The position numbers and the translations under genes were made by a program. From contig NZ_PGGB02000002.1 of assembly GCF_002803295.2 (NCBI RefSeq), positions 5,099 through 37,098 of the forward strand: a stretch of 32,000 nucleotides of DNA. The letters are read 5' to 3'. The notes under the pieces were generated by a model that saw only the letters and a list, made by a program, of their open reading frames with translations, was not told the origin of the DNA and made no database searches. Shown here piece after piece: positions 1 to 9,537 of the stretch. Numbering within the stretch: the stretch's first letter is position 1; every line of letters begins with the position of its first letter. This stretch comes from Caedibacter taeniospiralis (GTDB lineage: Bacteria > Pseudomonadota > Gammaproteobacteria > Francisellales > Francisellaceae).

Positions 1-809
1 TGGCGAAAATGGCAGAAGATGAAAAAGAGCAGTATGGCAAGTTTTGGAAGGCGTTTGGTCAAGTGCTAAAAGAAGCGCCAGCCGAAGATCATGAAAACAA
101 AGAGAAAATTGCCCAGTTATTGCGTTTTGCCTCCACACATAAAAATACGGCTGAGCAGGATGTTTCTCTCGTGGACTATGTCTCACGCATGAAGGAAGAT
201 CAGAAGTTTATCTATTACGTAACCGCGGAGAGTTTTAATGCAGCGAAAAACAATCCACAATTGGAGGTTTTCCGCAAAAAAGGTATTGAAGTTCTGTTGT
301 TAAGCGATCGCGTGGATGAGTGGATGACCTCGCATTTATCTGAGTTTGAAGGTAAAACCCTGAAGTCAGTTGCCAAAGGTGATTTGGATTTGGGTAGTTT
401 AGATTCAGAGGATGAGAAAAAACATCAGGAAGAAACTCAAAAAGCGTTTGAAACCATTATCAAGCAAATGAAAGAAGTGTTGAAAGCCCACGTTGATGAG
501 GTTCGTATTTCTAAGCGCTTAACCAACTCCCCAAGTTGCATTGTGGTGAACGATTATGGCATGAGTATGCACTTGCAAAAAATGATGGCAGACGCAGGAC
601 AGATGATGATGCCTGGCATGGGGGGTAAACCGATTCTTGAAATCAATGCTGAACATAAGCTGGTTAAACATTTGCAGCAAGAACAGGACGATGCACAATT
701 TGCCGACTGGACAAATCTTTTATATCAGCAGGCGCTGCTTGTTGAAGGGGCGCAGCTTGAGGACCCCGCAAGCTTTGTGAGTCTAATGAATAGGTATCTG
801 GCGGTATAA
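1..809 (+). CDS. htpG: Molecular chaperone HtpG (Hsp90 family), C-terminal part; 5' end lies outside the window
   Basis: Open frame from window start to the stop at 807-809. Contains HtpG-type segments (FWKAFGQVLKEAPAEDHENKEKIAQLLRF, VDEWMTSHLSEFEGKTLKSVAKGDLDL, RLTNSPSCIVVNDYGMSMHLQKMM). Confidence 0.96.
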   Translation, partial: AKMAEDEKEQYGKFWKAFGQVLKEAPAEDHENKEKIAQLLRFASTHKNTAEQDVSLVDYVSRMKEDQKFIYYVTAESFNAAKNNPQLEVFRKKGIEVLLLSDRVDEWMTSHLSEFEGKTLKSVAKGDLDLGSLDSEDEKKHQEETQKAFETIIKQMKEVLKAHVDEVRISKRLTNSPSCIVVNDYGMSMHLQKMMADAGQMMMPGMGGKPILEINAEHKLVKHLQQEQDDAQFADWTNLLYQQALLVEGAQLEDPASFVSLMNRYLAV

Positions 810-858
810 CTGCGAATTTTAATGCCTATAGCTCTGAGGATGAATAAGAAGACAAACT

Positions 859-1197
859 TTAGAGAGCTTCTTGATTCATCTCTCCCGTACGGATACGGAT
901 AACTTCTTCTAAGTGGGTGATGGTGATTTTCCCTGCGCCTATTTTATCTGTTTGATTAACGCTGATGATGGCATTAACAAAATCCTTTTTTTGTTCATCA
1001 CAGCAAATAACTTCTACTTTTATTTTAGGCAGGAAATCAACAGCGTATTCAGCGCCACGATAGAGTTCAGTGTGCCCTAGCTGGCGACCAAAGCCTTTGA
1101 CCTCAGTGATAGTGATACCCGTTGCTCCGACATTCAACAACTCTTCACGAGTGCGATCAAGTAGATAAGGTTTAATGTAAGCAGTAATTAGCTTCAT
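859..1197 (-). CDS. Nitrogen regulatory protein P-II (GlnB/GlnK family)
   Basis: 112 aa. Starts MKLITAYIKPYLLDRTREEL, has a T-loop with a candidate uridylylation tyrosine (GHTELYRGAEYAVDFLPKIKVEV), and a C-terminal GAGKI...RIRTGE signature. Confidence 0.95.
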   Translation of the reverse strand: MKLITAYIKPYLLDRTREELLNVGATGITITEVKGFGRQLGHTELYRGAEYAVDFLPKIKVEVICCDEQKKDFVNAIISVNQTDKIGAGKITITHLEEVIRIRTGEMNQEAL

Positions 1198-1275
1198 GCG
1201 TGAACTGATTGGTCAATTTGGCTGTCTATGCTACATTATGCACTATCTGTTAGTAAAGCAATTAAGTGGTAGTGT

Positions 1276-1530
1276 ATGAAACTTAACAATAAACTCATTG
1301 ATGATGTGGCTAGTAAAATTTCAAGTGGGATCCCAGATAGTCTAAAGACGATTGCCAGTGAGCTTGAAAGTAATTGTAAGAGTGTTCTTAGGGCAAGTTT
1401 TGAGAAACTTGATCTGGTTACGCGCGAGGAGTTTGATATTCAAAAGGAAGTGCTGGTGAAAACCCGTCTAAAACTTGAGCAACTTGAAAAAAAAGTAGAC
1501 GCGCTTATTGCCAAATGTGATGAGCAATAG
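1276..1530 (+). CDS. ubiK: UbiK/YqiC family ubiquinone biosynthesis accessory factor
   Basis: 84 aa. Helical small protein ending in a coiled coil (VTREEFDIQKEVLVKTRLKLEQLEKKVDALI), typical of YqiC/UbiK. Confidence 0.82.
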   Translation: MKLNNKLIDDVASKISSGIPDSLKTIASELESNCKSVLRASFEKLDLVTREEFDIQKEVLVKTRLKLEQLEKKVDALIAKCDEQ

Positions 1531-1538
1531 GCTCAAAA

Positions 1539-3047
1539 ATGTCATTAGCTACGGTTTATAGCCGCGCCCAGCTTGGCGTTGACGCTCCTCAAGTGACGGT
1601 TGAGGTACATTTATCGCATGGATTGCCAAGCTTATCTATCGTTGGTTTGCCAGAAGCTGCTGTGAAAGAGAGCAAAGATCGCGTGAGAAGTGCGATTATT
1701 AATTCAGGTTTTCAGTTCCCAAATAAACGCATTACGATTAATCTTGCGCCTGCGGATTTACCAAAGGAAGGTGGGCGATACGATTTGCCGATTGCCATTG
1801 GTGTTTTGATTGCATCCCAGCAGATTATTGCCCCTGATGTCCTTGAATATGAATTTGCTGCTGAGCTCTCATTATCTGGTAAACTTAGACCCATTAAAGG
1901 TATTTTGCCTTTTGCGATTCAAAGTTTAAAACATCAAAGATGTCTTATGATTGCGCCTAAAAATCAGTCAGAGGTAACGCTTTTGCCCAAGCTATGCGCC
2001 TATGCGGCAAATAACCTGCAAGAGGTTGTTTTGCACTTGTCAAAAACTCAATTTTTAAATGAGGCAGTACCAGATCAAACGGAGAAGACAAATCTGTTCC
2101 CGTTGTTGGATCTGTCCGAGGTAAAGGGTCAGTTTCAGGCGAAACGTGCGCTTGAGATTGCGGCAGCTGGAGGGCACAATGTATTGTTTATTGGTCCTCC
2201 TGGAACGGGTAAAACGATGCTGGCTTCCCGCTTTCACACAATACTCCCTAAGCTGACTATGGAAGAAGCGTTAGGCAGTGCAATGATTGCGTCTATCAAG
2301 GGAGTAAGTGATATTGCCACACATTTTTATGATCGACCATTTCGAGCTCCACATCACACCTCATCAGCAGTGGCACTCGTTGGTGGTGGCTCAAATCCCA
2401 AGCCTGGGGAGATTTCACTGGCGCATAATGGCGTTTTATTTTTAGATGAACTCCCTGAATTTGATCGCAGAGTTTTGGAGGTGCTAAGAGAGCCGCTAGA
2501 GTCAGGAAGAATTGTTATATCTCGAGCAAGCGCGCAGGTGGAGTATCCTGCTAAGTTTCAATTGATTGCAGCAATGAATCCTTGTCCTTGCGGGTTTTTA
2601 GGATCACAAGTGAAACTCTGTAAAGATACAGATGCCCAAATCAAACACTATCAACAAAAACTGTCAGGACCATTACTGGATCGCATTGATCTGCAGGTTG
2701 AGGTGTTGGAAATAGACCATCAGACGCTGACGGGAAAAGCGGAAGGTGAAGCAAGTCAAGCTATTAAAAAGCGCGTTTGTGCAGCAAGAGTCTTACAAGT
2801 CAAACGGCAGGGGAAAATTAATGCTGAACTGCAAGGTAAGGAAATTGATCAATTCTGCGTTTTAGGGGATAATGAGCGCCTGTTGTTGACTGAGGCTATC
2901 CAAAAATTAGGTTTATCTGCCAGGGCTTATCATCGCATCCTGAAAATTTCGCGGACAATTGCTGATTTGGTAGGGCAAACAATAATTGATAAGCACCATA
3001 TTCAAGAGGCTTTGAGTTATCGTAAGCTTGAGCGTTTTCAGCAGTAA
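1539..3047 (+). CDS. comM: YifB/ComM family Mg-chelatase-like AAA+ ATPase
   Basis: 502 aa. HGLPSLSIVGLPEAAVKESKDRVRSAI, Walker A GPPGTGKTML, FRAPHHTSS, GVLFLDELPEF, AMNPCPCG. Confidence 0.95.
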   Translation: MSLATVYSRAQLGVDAPQVTVEVHLSHGLPSLSIVGLPEAAVKESKDRVRSAIINSGFQFPNKRITINLAPADLPKEGGRYDLPIAIGVLIASQQIIAPDVLEYEFAAELSLSGKLRPIKGILPFAIQSLKHQRCLMIAPKNQSEVTLLPKLCAYAANNLQEVVLHLSKTQFLNEAVPDQTEKTNLFPLLDLSEVKGQFQAKRALEIAAAGGHNVLFIGPPGTGKTMLASRFHTILPKLTMEEALGSAMIASIKGVSDIATHFYDRPFRAPHHTSSAVALVGGGSNPKPGEISLAHNGVLFLDELPEFDRRVLEVLREPLESGRIVISRASAQVEYPAKFQLIAAMNPCPCGFLGSQVKLCKDTDAQIKHYQQKLSGPLLDRIDLQVEVLEIDHQTLTGKAEGEASQAIKKRVCAARVLQVKRQGKINAELQGKEIDQFCVLGDNERLLLTEAIQKLGLSARAYHRILKISRTIADLVGQTIIDKHHIQEALSYRKLERFQQ

Positions 3048-3073
3048 CAATCGATAAGTAACACGGTAAAAAG

Positions 3074-3976
3074 ATGAAAAAAATAGGCTCGCAAGTTTTA
3101 GTTTTAGTCTTGTATTTATGGGGGAAATTAAGTTTTAGCGTGGTGCAACGGCTTGGTTGGTTTATTGGCACGCTGTTTTTTTACCTTAATAGCGATATGC
3201 GCCGCGTTGCACGTATCAACATTGACAAATGCTTTCCTGAGCTTAGTGAATACCACAAAAAAAAGCTATTGAAAGGGACGCTGCAGCAGACCTGTATGAC
3301 AGGCGCCGAAATGCCAGGGATATTATTTAAAAGCCCTCAGAAATTGTTGCAGCAGATTCAGGTGTGTTATGGTGAAAAACTGATGCAAGAGCTCTATGAA
3401 CAAGGTAGAGGGGTTTTGCTAGTAGCGCCTCATTTGGGAAGTTATGAAATAGCGTCGATGTATATTTCAAGTAAATATCCTTCGGCGATGTTGTATACGC
3501 CCCCTAAAATTAAAGTTCTGGATCGGCTGATTCTTCAAGCGCGCTCACGCTTGTGCAAAAATATGTCGCCAGCAAATCATAAGGGCGTGAAGATAATCTT
3601 CAAGGCGCTTGCTAATAAAGAGGTCATTGCGATGCTGACTGACCAGGTTCCAGTGGATGCAGGTGGTAGTTATATTGATTTCTTTGGACATCCAGCTAAA
3701 ACGATGAATTTTCCCGATAAACTGTATAAGCGCTACAAGCCCGCGGTTGTGTTAAGCTATGCGGTACGTAATTCCATTGGTAAGGGGTTGACTTTGTATA
3801 TCGAAGATCTGGAACCACTAATCAAGCAATATCAAGCGATAGAGGGAATGAAAGATCCAGTAGCTTACGCATTTACCAGGCGCTTTGAGGAAATCATTCG
3901 CCAGTATCCCTCGCAATATCAGTGGGCATACAAACGCTTTAAATATCACCCGCAAGGTGTTGATTTTTATAAATAA
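3074..3976 (+). CDS. LpxL/HtrB-like lysophospholipid/lipid A acyltransferase
   Basis: 300 aa. N-terminal hydrophobic helix, acyltransferase segment GVLLVAPHLGSYEIAS, VIAMLTDQVPVDAGGSYIDFFG, C-terminal RRFEEIIRQYPSQYQWAYKRFK. Confidence 0.88.
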   Translation: MKKIGSQVLVLVLYLWGKLSFSVVQRLGWFIGTLFFYLNSDMRRVARINIDKCFPELSEYHKKKLLKGTLQQTCMTGAEMPGILFKSPQKLLQQIQVCYGEKLMQELYEQGRGVLLVAPHLGSYEIASMYISSKYPSAMLYTPPKIKVLDRLILQARSRLCKNMSPANHKGVKIIFKALANKEVIAMLTDQVPVDAGGSYIDFFGHPAKTMNFPDKLYKRYKPAVVLSYAVRNSIGKGLTLYIEDLEPLIKQYQAIEGMKDPVAYAFTRRFEEIIRQYPSQYQWAYKRFKYHPQGVDFYK

Positions 3977-3982
3977 TTGGGG

Positions 3983-4144
3983 GTTACGAACTTTTGCTGC
4001 ACTACCCCGCCTCGCAGGCTCGGCACCCCTTCACTTGTGAAGGGGAATTTTTGAGAAGCCCCTGTCCTGCAATTCCCCTTCGTTAGCGAAGGGGTGGCTG
4101 CGAAGCAGACGGGGTAGTCTTCAAGCTCAGCAAAAGTTCGTAAC
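3983..4144. repeat. Palindromic MITE-like element with perfect 16-bp terminal inverted repeats
   Basis: GTTACGAACTTTTGCT at 3983-3998 and its exact reverse complement AGCAAAAGTTCGTAAC at 4129-4144. The interior holds further imperfect inverted copies (ACTACCCCGcCT...CACCCCTTCACttGTGAAGGGGAATT versus AATTCCCCTTCGttaGCGAAGGGGTG...AGaCGGGGTAGT). Confidence 0.85.
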
Positions 4145-4192
4145 TTCAGTAAATAACTGAAGTAGGTAACTTCTCTAAACTGAGGATAAAAA

Positions 4193-5242
4193 ATGAGAAC
4201 ATTATTTTTGGATGCCTTACAAGGCAAGCCTGTTTCGCAAACTCCTGTGTGGATTATGCGCCAGGCTGGGCGTTATTTGCCTGAGTATCGGCAAACGCGC
4301 TCGAAGTTTAGTGATTTTATGGCAATGTGTAGAAATGCTGAAGCCTGCTCTGAGGTCGCTTTGCAGCCTTTAGATCGTTATGATTTAGATGCCGCGATTG
4401 TCTTTTCGGATATTTTAACCGTTCCTGAAGCAATGGGAATGAAGTTGCAATTTATCAGTGATAAAGGACCAGTATTTGAAAAACCGCTGAGAACTTTGCA
4501 GGATATTAAGATGCTGGATTGCAAATATGCGATGGAAAAGCTGCAGTATGTGATGGATGCAGTTTCGACGACTAAAAAAGCGCTTATCAATCGCGTCCCT
4601 TTAATTGGCTTTAGCGGGAGTCCATGGACTTTAGCTGCCTATATGGTTGAAGGGCAGGGTTCTAAACAATTCACCCAGTTACGTAAAATGCTTTATAGTA
4701 CTCCTGGGCTTTTGCATCAATTGTTAGCTGATTTAAGTAGGGTCATTGTCGATTACCTGGATCAGCAGGTCAAAGCAGGTGCAGATGCGGTGATGCTTTT
4801 TGATACCTGGGGAGGCATGCTTTCCGAGAAAAATTATGCTCCATTTTCATTAAATTATATGCGGCAAATAACTAGTTTGCTTAAAGCGCGTCACCCACAA
4901 GTTCCAGTAACCTTATTTACCAAGGGCGGTGGATTATGGTTGGATCAATTAGCAAAAACAGGCTGTGATGGTATTGGTATTGATTGGAGTATAGATATTT
5001 ATCGCGCACGCGAAATTGTTAAAGATAGGCTCACCCTGCAGGGAAATCTGGATCCAGCGGCATTATATGGAAGCGATGAGAGCATAACTGAACAAGTGAA
5101 ATATATACTTCAAAGTCAGAAAGAATATGGTCGCTTTGTGTTTAATTTGGGACATGGGGTGTATCCAGATATTTTGCCTGAGAAAGTAAAGGTAATGATT
5201 GATGCCGTGCGCAAGTTTGGCAAAAAGCAAATAGAAAATTAA
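4193..5242 (+). CDS. hemE: Uroporphyrinogen decarboxylase
   Basis: 349 aa. PVWIMRQAGRYLPEYRQTR, ALQPLDRYDLDAAIVFSDILTVPEAMG, GFSGSPWTLAAYMVEG, FNLGHGVYPDI. Confidence 0.97.
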   Translation: MRTLFLDALQGKPVSQTPVWIMRQAGRYLPEYRQTRSKFSDFMAMCRNAEACSEVALQPLDRYDLDAAIVFSDILTVPEAMGMKLQFISDKGPVFEKPLRTLQDIKMLDCKYAMEKLQYVMDAVSTTKKALINRVPLIGFSGSPWTLAAYMVEGQGSKQFTQLRKMLYSTPGLLHQLLADLSRVIVDYLDQQVKAGADAVMLFDTWGGMLSEKNYAPFSLNYMRQITSLLKARHPQVPVTLFTKGGGLWLDQLAKTGCDGIGIDWSIDIYRAREIVKDRLTLQGNLDPAALYGSDESITEQVKYILQSQKEYGRFVFNLGHGVYPDILPEKVKVMIDAVRKFGKKQIEN

Positions 5243-5252
5243 GTGAACTTGT

Positions 5253-6961
5253 ATGATAAAAAGAACAAAGCGATTTGAGTTTAAACGCAACCCTGAAACC
5301 AATGAAATGTGGGTTGAAACAGATTTGCAGGGTAAAAATTTACTGACGCTTGCCTCCTTAAATAAAGGGACGGCATTTAGTGAACGCGAGCGAGAAGAGT
5401 TTGGCTTGCTTGGCAAACTGCCATTTCAGATTGAATCTATTGAGGAACAAAAGACGCGCGCATACCAGCAGTATAAATCCTTTAGAAGTAATATTGGACG
5501 CTATAGTTTTTTAAAGAACCTGCACAATATCAACGAAACGCTTTTTTATCGTTTGGTGCGTGATAATTTAAATGAAATGCTGCCTGTCATATATACCCCC
5601 ACGGTTGGGGAAGCGGTGATGCGTTATAGTGAGCAGTTCTTGTCACCTCGTGGGCTTTATATCGCCTATCCTGATCGGCATAAAATGCGTGACATTTTAC
5701 GCAATCGGACCAATTCAGACATTGATATTATCGTCGTCAGTGATGCAGAAGGGGTGCTTGGAATTGGTGACCAAGGGGTCGGGGGCATTGAGATTCCCGT
5801 GGCTAAGCTTATGGTTTATACGCTTTGCGCAGGTATCAACCCCGGGCGCTATTTGCCCGTATTTTTAGATGCAGGAACAAATAATAAGAAATTACTCGAA
5901 GACCCTTTGTACCTTGGTTGGCGGCATGAGCGCGTGTGCGCGGTAAAGAATATGATGAAATGGTTCAGTTGTTTATTGAAGCCGTCAAAGAAGAAATGCC
6001 AGAAACTTTTCTACATTGGGAAGACTTTGGTCGTGATAATGCACGTAAAAATTTGCTTAAATATCAGAACGAAATCTGCAGCTTCAATCATGATGTGCAG
6101 GGAACGGCAGCGGTTGCCCTGGCAGCGCTTATTTCAGCGGCTAAGCGCATAGGAGTGAAGTTTAACACGCAAAAATTCGTGGTCTTTGGAGCAGGCACGG
6201 CAGGTCTTGGCATTGCCGATGAAATTGTTTCAGCCCTGGTACACTCTGGATTAACTAAAGAACAGGCTTATCAACGGTTTTGGTGCATTGATAAAGATGG
6301 TTTGTTGATTGTCGATCAGGAAATGATGGATTTCCAGAGACCTTATGCGTGTACGCGTGAGTCAGTTAAGGGTTGGGTGGCTGATGAGGCTGGACGAATT
6401 TCTCTCGTAGAAGTTGTCAAACAAGCTAAGCCTACAACCTTAATTGGTTGCTCAGGTGTCGCCAATGCTTTTACTGATGAGGTGATTATAGAGATGGCAC
6501 GTAATAATCAGCATCCGATTATTTTTACCTTATCCAACCCAACAAGTCGCTGTGAGCGTGTGCCTGAAGATGTCATTCGCCTGACTAATGGGCAGGCTTT
6601 AGTTGCAACGGGAAGTCCATTTGAGGATGTGGGTTATAAAGGCAAAGTCTATCGCATTGCACAGTCAAATAATGCGCTGGTGTTTCCAGGTATTGGTCTG
6701 GGTATCGTTGCCATTGGTGCTAAGAGATTTACGGATAACATGTTATGGGCGGCGTGTAAAGCGTTAGCCAATTATTCAACGCAGGACGATGCCTTATTAC
6801 CAAAGTTGAGTGAGGCATATAGCGTGAGTCGTCAAGTAGCGTTTGCCGTTGCCAGACAGGCGATTGCGGATGGGGTTGCTGAGGATGTTGATGATATTTG
6901 GCGCAAGATTGACCAGGTAATCTGGGAGCCAAAATATTACCCTTACTATCTTAAAAAGTGA
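5253..6961 (+). pseudogene. maeA: NAD-dependent malic enzyme (MaeA/SfcA family), split by a frameshift near 5935-5940
   Basis: ORF 5253-6152 carries the N-terminal half (RNTLY-type FLKNLHNINETLFYRLVRDNL, IYTPTVGEAVMRYS, PVFLDAGTNN, LYLGWRHERV). ORF 5936-6961 continues it (RGKEYDEMVQLFIEAVKEEMP...NEICSFNHDVQGTAAVALAAL...FGAGTAGLGIA). Homology jumps frames at gagcgcgtgtgcgcggtaaa. Confidence 0.88.
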
Positions 6962-6981
6962 CCGAAGGTATTGTGTATGCC

Positions 6982-8409
6982 TTACTTTCCTAGGTCTTTA
7001 AGTGCAACGCCGTTTTCTAAATTCTTTTCAATATGTTCCAGGCTGACACCTTTAGTTTCAGGCACGAAGAACTTCAGGAAGATCATGGAAAGAATACAAA
7101 ATCCGCCAAAAACAAAGAATATTGAGGCGTTACCATAGGCTTTCATAAAGCTTAAGGCATTTGCCATCACAGCACCCGCGAATGTCCAGTTGACCATGGT
7201 GGTGACAGTCATGCCGATTTCACGTCCCTTCAATGGGAAAATCTCTGCGCAAATCACCCATGCAACGGGTCCCCATGAGCAGGCAAAGCCAAATATATAA
7301 ACAATCGCGGAGATTAATAGAACTGCTTTAGGAAGTTCGCCAGGTGTCACACTACCTGAAATGGATAGGAAGGCAAAGCCCGCGGCAAACATTGAAACCA
7401 TCATCACGATGGCGCCAACATAAAGCAGTTTTTTTCTGCCCCATTTTTCAATCCATTTGATCGCAGGGAAGGTAAATAACATGTTGACCGTTGGGATGGC
7501 TAAGAGGGCAATAAGACCCGTCATGCCAGCATAACCGAAGATTGTCGGCGCGTAGTAAATCATCATGTTGATTCCAACTAATTGTTGGAACATTTGTAGG
7601 ATAACACCAATGATAAGGATTCTCCAAAAGAAACCCTTGGAAAGCATATTAAATCCAACCCCTTTATTGGCAACAATACTTTCTTTAATTTCTTTGATTT
7701 CCTCTTCAATTTCTTGCTGTGAAGCACGGACTTTTTTAAGCACAGACAGGGCTTTTTGATCCTGGTTTTTAAGTAGTAGCCAACGAGGGCTTTCTGGCAG
7801 AAACAAGCTACCAAAGAACATGACCGCCGCGAAGACGACAATTACGCAAAACATTAAAGTCAGTGAAATACTCACGTGCCCCAAAGCCTTAGCAATAAAC
7901 ACATTGGTAACAGCAATCAGGAAAATACCGATGGTGATCATCAGCTGAAAGAGTGTTGCCATGCCGCCCCTAATGGATTTTGGTGCCGTTTCAGAAAGAT
8001 ACAAAGGCACTGTAAATGAGGCAATTCCAACGGCAAATCCTAAGCCAAAGCGGCAGGCTGTTAATATGCCAAGTGGTGGCAGAAACGCAGAGATTAATGA
8101 GAAGGCAGAAAATAAAAACCCCGCTAGAACAAGCACTCTTTTTCGTCCTAATGCGCGCGCAAACAGTCCGCTGACTAGGGCACCCACAATTCCGCCCCAG
8201 GCTAAGACAGCAGAGTAATGTTCTCCTTGCTGTGTGGTGAGTCCATAGACGTTGTCAATGGTTGATAAGGAATTTGCTATAAATCCCTGATCCAAACCAA
8301 ACAAAAGTCCACCAAGTGCCCCGATCAAGCACACCATATAGATAAGCTTCTGGTACTCTTTTTTTGCGTCGATATTTGCTGTCATTTTTTTTCTCCTGAC
8401 CTTAGTCAT
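6982..8409 (-). CDS. MFS sugar porter (XylE/GalP/AraE-like); true start may be the internal MTANIDAKKEY Met
   Basis: 475 aa. GALGGLLFGLDQGFIANSL, GRKRVL, RFGLGFAVGIASFTVPLYLSETAPKSIRGG, PESPRWLL, QQLVGINMMIYYAPTIF, WGPVAWVICAEIFPLKGR, FVPETKGVSLE. Confidence 0.93.
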   Translation of the reverse strand: MTKVRRKKMTANIDAKKEYQKLIYMVCLIGALGGLLFGLDQGFIANSLSTIDNVYGLTTQQGEHYSAVLAWGGIVGALVSGLFARALGRKRVLVLAGFLFSAFSLISAFLPPLGILTACRFGLGFAVGIASFTVPLYLSETAPKSIRGGMATLFQLMITIGIFLIAVTNVFIAKALGHVSISLTLMFCVIVVFAAVMFFGSLFLPESPRWLLLKNQDQKALSVLKKVRASQQEIEEEIKEIKESIVANKGVGFNMLSKGFFWRILIIGVILQMFQQLVGINMMIYYAPTIFGYAGMTGLIALLAIPTVNMLFTFPAIKWIEKWGRKKLLYVGAIVMMVSMFAAGFAFLSISGSVTPGELPKAVLLISAIVYIFGFACSWGPVAWVICAEIFPLKGREIGMTVTTMVNWTFAGAVMANALSFMKAYGNASIFFVFGGFCILSMIFLKFFVPETKGVSLEHIEKNLENGVALKDLGK

Positions 8410-8585
8410 TATCTAGAGTTTATAATTCCAGGCGCTATTGCAGCAATAATTGCATTTCATGTCAATAAATTACGTTATTTAAATGGGAAAAGAGTTCCAG
8501 GGCTTGCTGATTCCAAAGTTTGACATTTATGACTCTAAGCGTATATTGGCGACAGGTTTTTTCGGTCATGAGGCAAATTGATAAG

Positions 8586-9484
8586 ATGCGTAAATTTTTA
8601 GGGGCAATAGAGGCGGGAGGTACTAAATTTGTATGTGCCATTGGCACGGATCAAGGGGAAATATTGGATCGTGTGCGTTTTGCAACAAAGACTCCTGAGC
8701 AAACGATGGCAGAAGTGGTTGAGTTTTTCCATCAGCATATGACTCAATACTCAATCAGTGCGATTGGTTGTGGTTCTTTTGGTCCTATTGACCCTGATAA
8801 GTCCTCTGATACATACGGACACATTACGCATACGCCAAAGCTTGCCTGGCGAAATTATAATATTGTCAAAACATTGGAAGATGCTTTAAGTGTTTACCCG
8901 TGGCATTTGATACAGATGTTAATGCTGCAGCTTTAGGTGAGTATCACTGGGGAGCGGGCAAAGGCTTAAGCGATCTTGTTTATCTTACCGTTGGGACGGG
9001 GATTGGTGGAGGTATTATAGTCAATCATCAATTAGTTCATGGTAGCGCACATCCTGAGATGGGGCATATTTATGTTCCTGTGGATTTAACCAAAGATGAC
9101 TTCAAAGGTGTTTGCCCCTCACATGGTAATTGTTTCGAGGGACTTGCATCGGGTCCTGCATTAAAAGCACGTTGGCAGGTAAAATCCGCACTTGATTTGC
9201 CAAATGATCATAAGGCCTGGGATATTGAAGCGGACTATTTATCTTATGCCTTAGTGAATTACATCATGTGTTTTATGCCAAAGCGCATTATCTTAGGTGG
9301 TGGGGTGATGAAACAAACCCATCTTTTTGAGAAAATCCGCAAAGCAGTGCGACAAAAAATCAATGGTTATTTAAATCAGGTCTATTGTGATCGTTTGGAA
9401 ACCATTATTGTGCCACCTGCTCTGGCAGACAATGCAGGCATTATGGGTGCATTGGCTTTGGCGAATACGCTCACAATTGAATAG
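8586..9484 (+). pseudogene. ROK family sugar kinase (fructokinase-like), split by a frameshift near 8891-8899
   Basis: First frame (ATG 8586, within ORF 8520-8936): MRKFLGAIEAGGTKFVCAIG...SISAIGCGSFGPID...TPKLAWRNYNIV. Second frame (ORF 8900-9484): VAFDTDVNAAALGEYHWGAGKGLSDLVYLTVGTGIGGGIIV...HPEMGH...CPSHGNCFEGLASGPAL. Together they make one kinase. Confidence 0.87.
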
Positions 9485-9537
9485 CACTACTGCAAGTGGC
9501 TTGAGAATAAACAGTCTAATAAAGAAGGTACACAAAA

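Noticed and set aside
3967-4227. Minus-strand 86-aa ORF 3967-4227
   Set aside because: It is the translation of the palindromic repeat element; no gene-like start signal or motif.
5063-5868. Minus-strand ORF 5063-5416 and plus-strand ORF 5629-5868 around the hemE/maeA junction
   Set aside because: Both lie in alternative frames over hemE and malic enzyme coding sequence and lack supporting motifs.
5935-5945. Programmed ribosomal frameshifting in the malic enzyme gene
   Set aside because: No X_XXY_YYZ slippery heptamer, stop-codon context or obvious downstream pseudoknot at the junction. A TG dinucleotide duplication is simpler.
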